Notes under the pieces: model-generated
Told to the model about the DNA's origin: nothing
Database searches by the model: none
The model's input: only the letters and a program-made list of their open reading frames with translations
Shown: positions 60,592 to 64,000 of the stretch, one piece after another
Layout: each line of letters opens with the position of its first letter
Position numbering within the stretch: the stretch's first letter is position 1
Made by a program: the position numbers and the translations under genes
From: Terriglobia bacterium
Lineage (GTDB): Bacteria > Acidobacteriota > Terriglobia > 2-12-FULL-54-10
Assembly: GCA_963666975.2 (NCBI GenBank)
Contig: CAXVYR010000004.1
Location: 1,696,001-1,760,000 of the forward strand
Reading direction: 5' to 3'
DNA: 64,000 bases

Positions 60592-63438
60592 ATGCACCTA
60601 AGAAAACGTGTAGAGGGATCACTCTGGATACTCGGGGTGTGGTTCTGCCTGGGTATTCCGGCCTTGGGACAGAGCACCACAGCCCCGCCCAGCCCAACGC
60701 AGGGCAGTGACCAGGCTCGCCCGGCGGCTGCTACCTCTGTGATTGATGAGTCGCAGCTTGTCGGGCTGCCTATGAACGGCCGCAGCTACACGCAACTGGC
60801 AACACTGGAGGCAGGAGTCTCCGGTGATTCCGGTGGCGGTCGGCAGACGGGAGGAAACATCCGGGGCCTCAAAGTGGCGGGGGGGCGGACAGAGTGGAAT
60901 AGCTTCTTGCTGGACGGCACCGACATCAATGACACCCGAAATCAAGTTCCCCGGAGCGCTGCCGGCGGGCAACTGGGCTCCGACACGCTCTTTCAGGTCC
61001 AGGTGCTCTCCAACAATTATGGCGCCCAGTACGGGCGTGCCGGGGGCGGTGTGCTGAACGCCATCTCGCTTTCCGGCAGCAACGAGATTCATGGGACCCT
61101 GTTCGAATATTTCCGCAACAGCAAGATGGACGCGCGCAATTTTTTCGACGGGTCTGAGAAACCGCCATTCAAACGCAATCAGTTCGGCGCGACGCTGCTA
61201 GGTCCACTGAGTCGTGACCGCGCCTATTTCATGGTGGGCTTCGAGGCCCTGCGGAACCGGCTGGCCGAAACGGTGCTCAGTTTTGTCCCCGATGCAGAAA
61301 CACGCCGAAGGGCTGTTCCTGCGGTGGCGCCTTACGTGGCGCTCTACCCCGGGCCCCAAGTTCCCGTCGGGGCGGGTATCGCGCAAAGCCGCACCGCGGC
61401 ATCGCAACCTAGCAATGAAACTTTCCTCACCTTTCGATTGGACCAGCGGCACAGCGAGCAGGATGTATGGTTTGCGCGGTACACGTTTAGCGATGCAAAC
61501 ACCACCGCCCTCGCCGCCTCGCCTGAGTTTCCCACGCTGACCGAAAGCCGCCAGCAGTACCTAACCCTGGCGGAAACTCATTTCTTCTCTGCGTCTGCCA
61601 TCAACACCCTGCGGCTCAGCTACACCCGTCCCGTTTCGCGGTCTCTGTCTGTCTTTGACCGTCAGGTTGATCCGCGATTGAACTTTGTCCCTGGATCCTC
61701 TCAGTTCGGAGTGATCGAAGTTCCCGGGCTGGTTTCTCTGGGGCCTGCTTCGAGTCTGCCTGCGGCAAAAATCATGAACACTTACCAAGTGGCGGACGAC
61801 TTCATCTTTACTCGCGGAAGGCATACCTGGAAATGGGGTGGTGTGCTGGAGCGGTTCCAATGGAACCTAGTCGATAGCGCGAACCAGGGAGGGCAATGGA
61901 CCTTCAACAGCCTGGAGAATTTCTTGGAGGCAGGTCCTCAGGGCACAGAGCTGCGCGTCGCCTTGCCCGGCTCAGACTCCTACCGGGCATACCGGCAGAC
62001 GTTGATCGGCGTCTATCTTCAGGATGAGATTCGGGTGCGGCCAAACCTGAACCTAAACCTCGGCTTGCGGTATGAGTTCGCGACCATGATCCATGACGCG
62101 CAGGGCCGCGATACGTTTCTCAAGGACGAGTTGCGGGACACGCAACCCCAGGTGGGGCGGTTCATGAGCCGTAATCCTTCGCTCAAGAGTTTCGCCCCGC
62201 GCTTCGGCTTGAGTTGGTCTCCTTGGGAGGATTCGAGCAAACTCGTGGTCCGCGCCGGATTCGGGATTTATTACGACCACATCATTGGTTATTCGGCGGA
62301 TCTGAAGCGAGTGACCGCTCCGTTCTACCAGCTTGCGGTCCGAAACAATTTCGATGCGAGCAGTATTTTCCCCAATGCCCTGAGCGGCGCCGGTAGCGTC
62401 CGAGAACAGGTCCGCATTTACGAGTACAATAGGCCCAAGACTCCTACGATTTACCGCTATCATTTGGCTCTGGAGAGAGAAATCCTTCCTGGACTTACCG
62501 CCGAAGCAACCTATGTAGGGGCACGCGGGAACAATTTGCTCCGCAGTTTCGAGGCCAACGAATTTCCTTTCCCGGTGCAGCAGGCAGATGGTTCGCTTTT
62601 CTTTCCCCCCAATACTCCTCGGAGAAACCCGAACTTCACCAGCATCGAGCGCACCACCATGGATTCGCAATCCTTTTACAATGCCCTGTTGGTTTCCTTG
62701 AACCGCAGGCGGTGGCATGGGCTTTCTGCAAGTCTGAACTACACCTTTGCCAAGAGCGTTAATGAGTCGAACGGCGCGTTTGCGGTGGAACGGCACTATG
62801 CAATAAACCGGCTGCAGAGCAGAGGCCTCGATTCCAGCGAGGTGCGCCATCGGCTTTCGGTGAGTTACTTCTATAACCTCCCCGCTTGGCAAAGCTCGGG
62901 GTTCGGTTCGAGCCTTCTTAGCGGGTGGCGGCTGGGAGGAATCCTGGGCGTGCGCACAGGCCTGCCGGAAGAGCCGTTCTTTCGCATTCGCTATCCGGGT
63001 TTCTTGTTTGTCTCGCAGCGCACCAGCGTCGGCCCGGGAAGAAGTACCAACCCCACCAAAGGAGTTAGCTCCGGCTGCGAGGGAGTTCCGGCGGGTTCAA
63101 AACTGGCCGGTCCGGATTTGTATTTTGATCCGTGTGCATTTGTTGCTCCTCTTCCAGGTACCATCGGCAACGCAGGACGGAACATCATTATTGGGCCGCG
63201 CGTGGTCAACATGGACGTTTCTCTCCAAAAGAGCATTTCGCTCGGAGGAGAGCGCGTCTTGCAACTCCGCGCCGAATTCTTCAACCTCTTGAATCATTCT
63301 AATTTCAATCCACCGGAAAGAGGCAAAGGAGCTACCATTTTCCAGAGTGCGTCAATCCGCAATCCCACTGCGGGCAGCCTAACTTCGACAGCGACCACAG
63401 CGAGGCAGATTCAATTTGCCTTGAGGCTTTCCTTCTAG
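60592..63438 (+). CDS. TonB-dependent receptor (Acidobacteria/Oar type)
   Basis: LPMNGRSY, YFRNSKMDARNFF, APRFG, LRAEFFNLLNH, RQIQFALRLSF. Confidence 0.92.
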   Translation: MHLRKRVEGSLWILGVWFCLGIPALGQSTTAPPSPTQGSDQARPAAATSVIDESQLVGLPMNGRSYTQLATLEAGVSGDSGGGRQTGGNIRGLKVAGGRTEWNSFLLDGTDINDTRNQVPRSAAGGQLGSDTLFQVQVLSNNYGAQYGRAGGGVLNAISLSGSNEIHGTLFEYFRNSKMDARNFFDGSEKPPFKRNQFGATLLGPLSRDRAYFMVGFEALRNRLAETVLSFVPDAETRRRAVPAVAPYVALYPGPQVPVGAGIAQSRTAASQPSNETFLTFRLDQRHSEQDVWFARYTFSDANTTALAASPEFPTLTESRQQYLTLAETHFFSASAINTLRLSYTRPVSRSLSVFDRQVDPRLNFVPGSSQFGVIEVPGLVSLGPASSLPAAKIMNTYQVADDFIFTRGRHTWKWGGVLERFQWNLVDSANQGGQWTFNSLENFLEAGPQGTELRVALPGSDSYRAYRQTLIGVYLQDEIRVRPNLNLNLGLRYEFATMIHDAQGRDTFLKDELRDTQPQVGRFMSRNPSLKSFAPRFGLSWSPWEDSSKLVVRAGFGIYYDHIIGYSADLKRVTAPFYQLAVRNNFDASSIFPNALSGAGSVREQVRIYEYNRPKTPTIYRYHLALEREILPGLTAEATYVGARGNNLLRSFEANEFPFPVQQADGSLFFPPNTPRRNPNFTSIERTTMDSQSFYNALLVSLNRRRWHGLSASLNYTFAKSVNESNGAFAVERHYAINRLQSRGLDSSEVRHRLSVSYFYNLPAWQSSGFGSSLLSGWRLGGILGVRTGLPEEPFFRIRYPGFLFVSQRTSVGPGRSTNPTKGVSSGCEGVPAGSKLAGPDLYFDPCAFVAPLPGTIGNAGRNIIIGPRVVNMDVSLQKSISLGGERVLQLRAEFFNLLNHSNFNPPERGKGATIFQSASIRNPTAGSLTSTATTARQIQFALRLSF

Positions 63439-63582
63439 GGCAGGACCTCAGCTTGGAGGTCCTGATAACATCATGGAGCCTCCTCAGTTTTGGCGGGATA
63501 CGTTGCTTGGGCGCGTCCAAAACTCCGCCCCCTAACATGCCGCGCTGGTCGGGCAGCATGGAGGGCAACGCCTTACCTATTC

Positions 63583-64000
63583 CTACAGCCGCAATCGCAG
63601 CATGAACTGAACGATCCGGCCTCGATTCACCGTGTTGGTAATTTTCCCAAAGATCTCGTTCGCTACATGGGGAGCAAAGAAGTCAAATTGCGGATGATTC
63701 AGGAGGTTATAAAACTCGGCCCGGAATTGCACTGCAGGCGTCTGTTCCCCACCGCGAAAAAGGAAATCTTTAACCACGGCAAGGTTCCAGTTGTTCATGG
63801 CGTCACTGCGGATGTTATTAAAGCCGAGGTTGCCGCGCCCTCCGAAAGGAATGTTAGTGTCGAAAAACTCTGGCCGCAAGACGGACCGGAAGGTATCGGG
63901 GTGGTCTACACTTTTACCCAGGATACTTGGGTTCAGCAGGTTCGGCCTGTCCCCGCCCACTCCGTCCACGTTTCCAAAACCGGGAGCATCCGAGCCGGTG
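63583..64000 (-). CDS. TonB-dependent receptor, C-terminal part (continues beyond window)
   Basis: DRPNL, QFRAEFYNLLNHPQF, RIVQFMLRLRL. Confidence 0.85.
   Translation of the reverse strand, partial: TGSDAPGFGNVDGVGGDRPNLLNPSILGKSVDHPDTFRSVLRPEFFDTNIPFGGRGNLGFNNIRSDAMNNWNLAVVKDFLFRGGEQTPAVQFRAEFYNLLNHPQFDFFAPHVANEIFGKITNTVNRGRIVQFMLRLRL

Overview
GC-rich bacterial chromosome segment, probably Acidobacteriota (inferred from the Acidobacteria-type TonB-dependent receptors, a Pal with an Ig-like insert, and a PEP-CTERM gene). The core genes are a CusA/CzcA RND exporter, rpsT, the tol-pal-cpoB operon, recR-ybaB-dnaX-ffs, ftcD, ftsB, a phosphohexomutase, cutA, a cystathionine gamma-synthase/lyase, queG, a B12 radical SAM enzyme, pirin, ccmA/C/D and tRNA-Arg(CCG). 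They are interleaved with much accessory DNA: two IS256 copies with their own TSDs, IS3, IS5, IS6 and IS1 remnants, TA-targeting MITEs, two TA modules, and stacked integrative elements at tRNA-Arg. Main candidates for new biology: (1) a TIR-bounded Mutator/IS256-like transposon, in two copies, that carries a non-canonical tRNA (anticodon GCU, no long variable arm, Arg-type identity elements, extra 30-nt D-loop hairpin) directly upstream of its transposase; (2) three 36-38 bp type II-C CRISPR-like repeats separated by kilobase gene-bearing segments, with a tracrRNA-like tail and no cas genes in the window; (3) an AT-richer three-gene operon encoding a COMM-domain-like protein, an unknown protein and an ART-fold-like protein; (4) three probable selenoproteins that the ORF track splits at in-frame UGA codons. 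All family assignments come from motif recognition by eye; no database searches were run.
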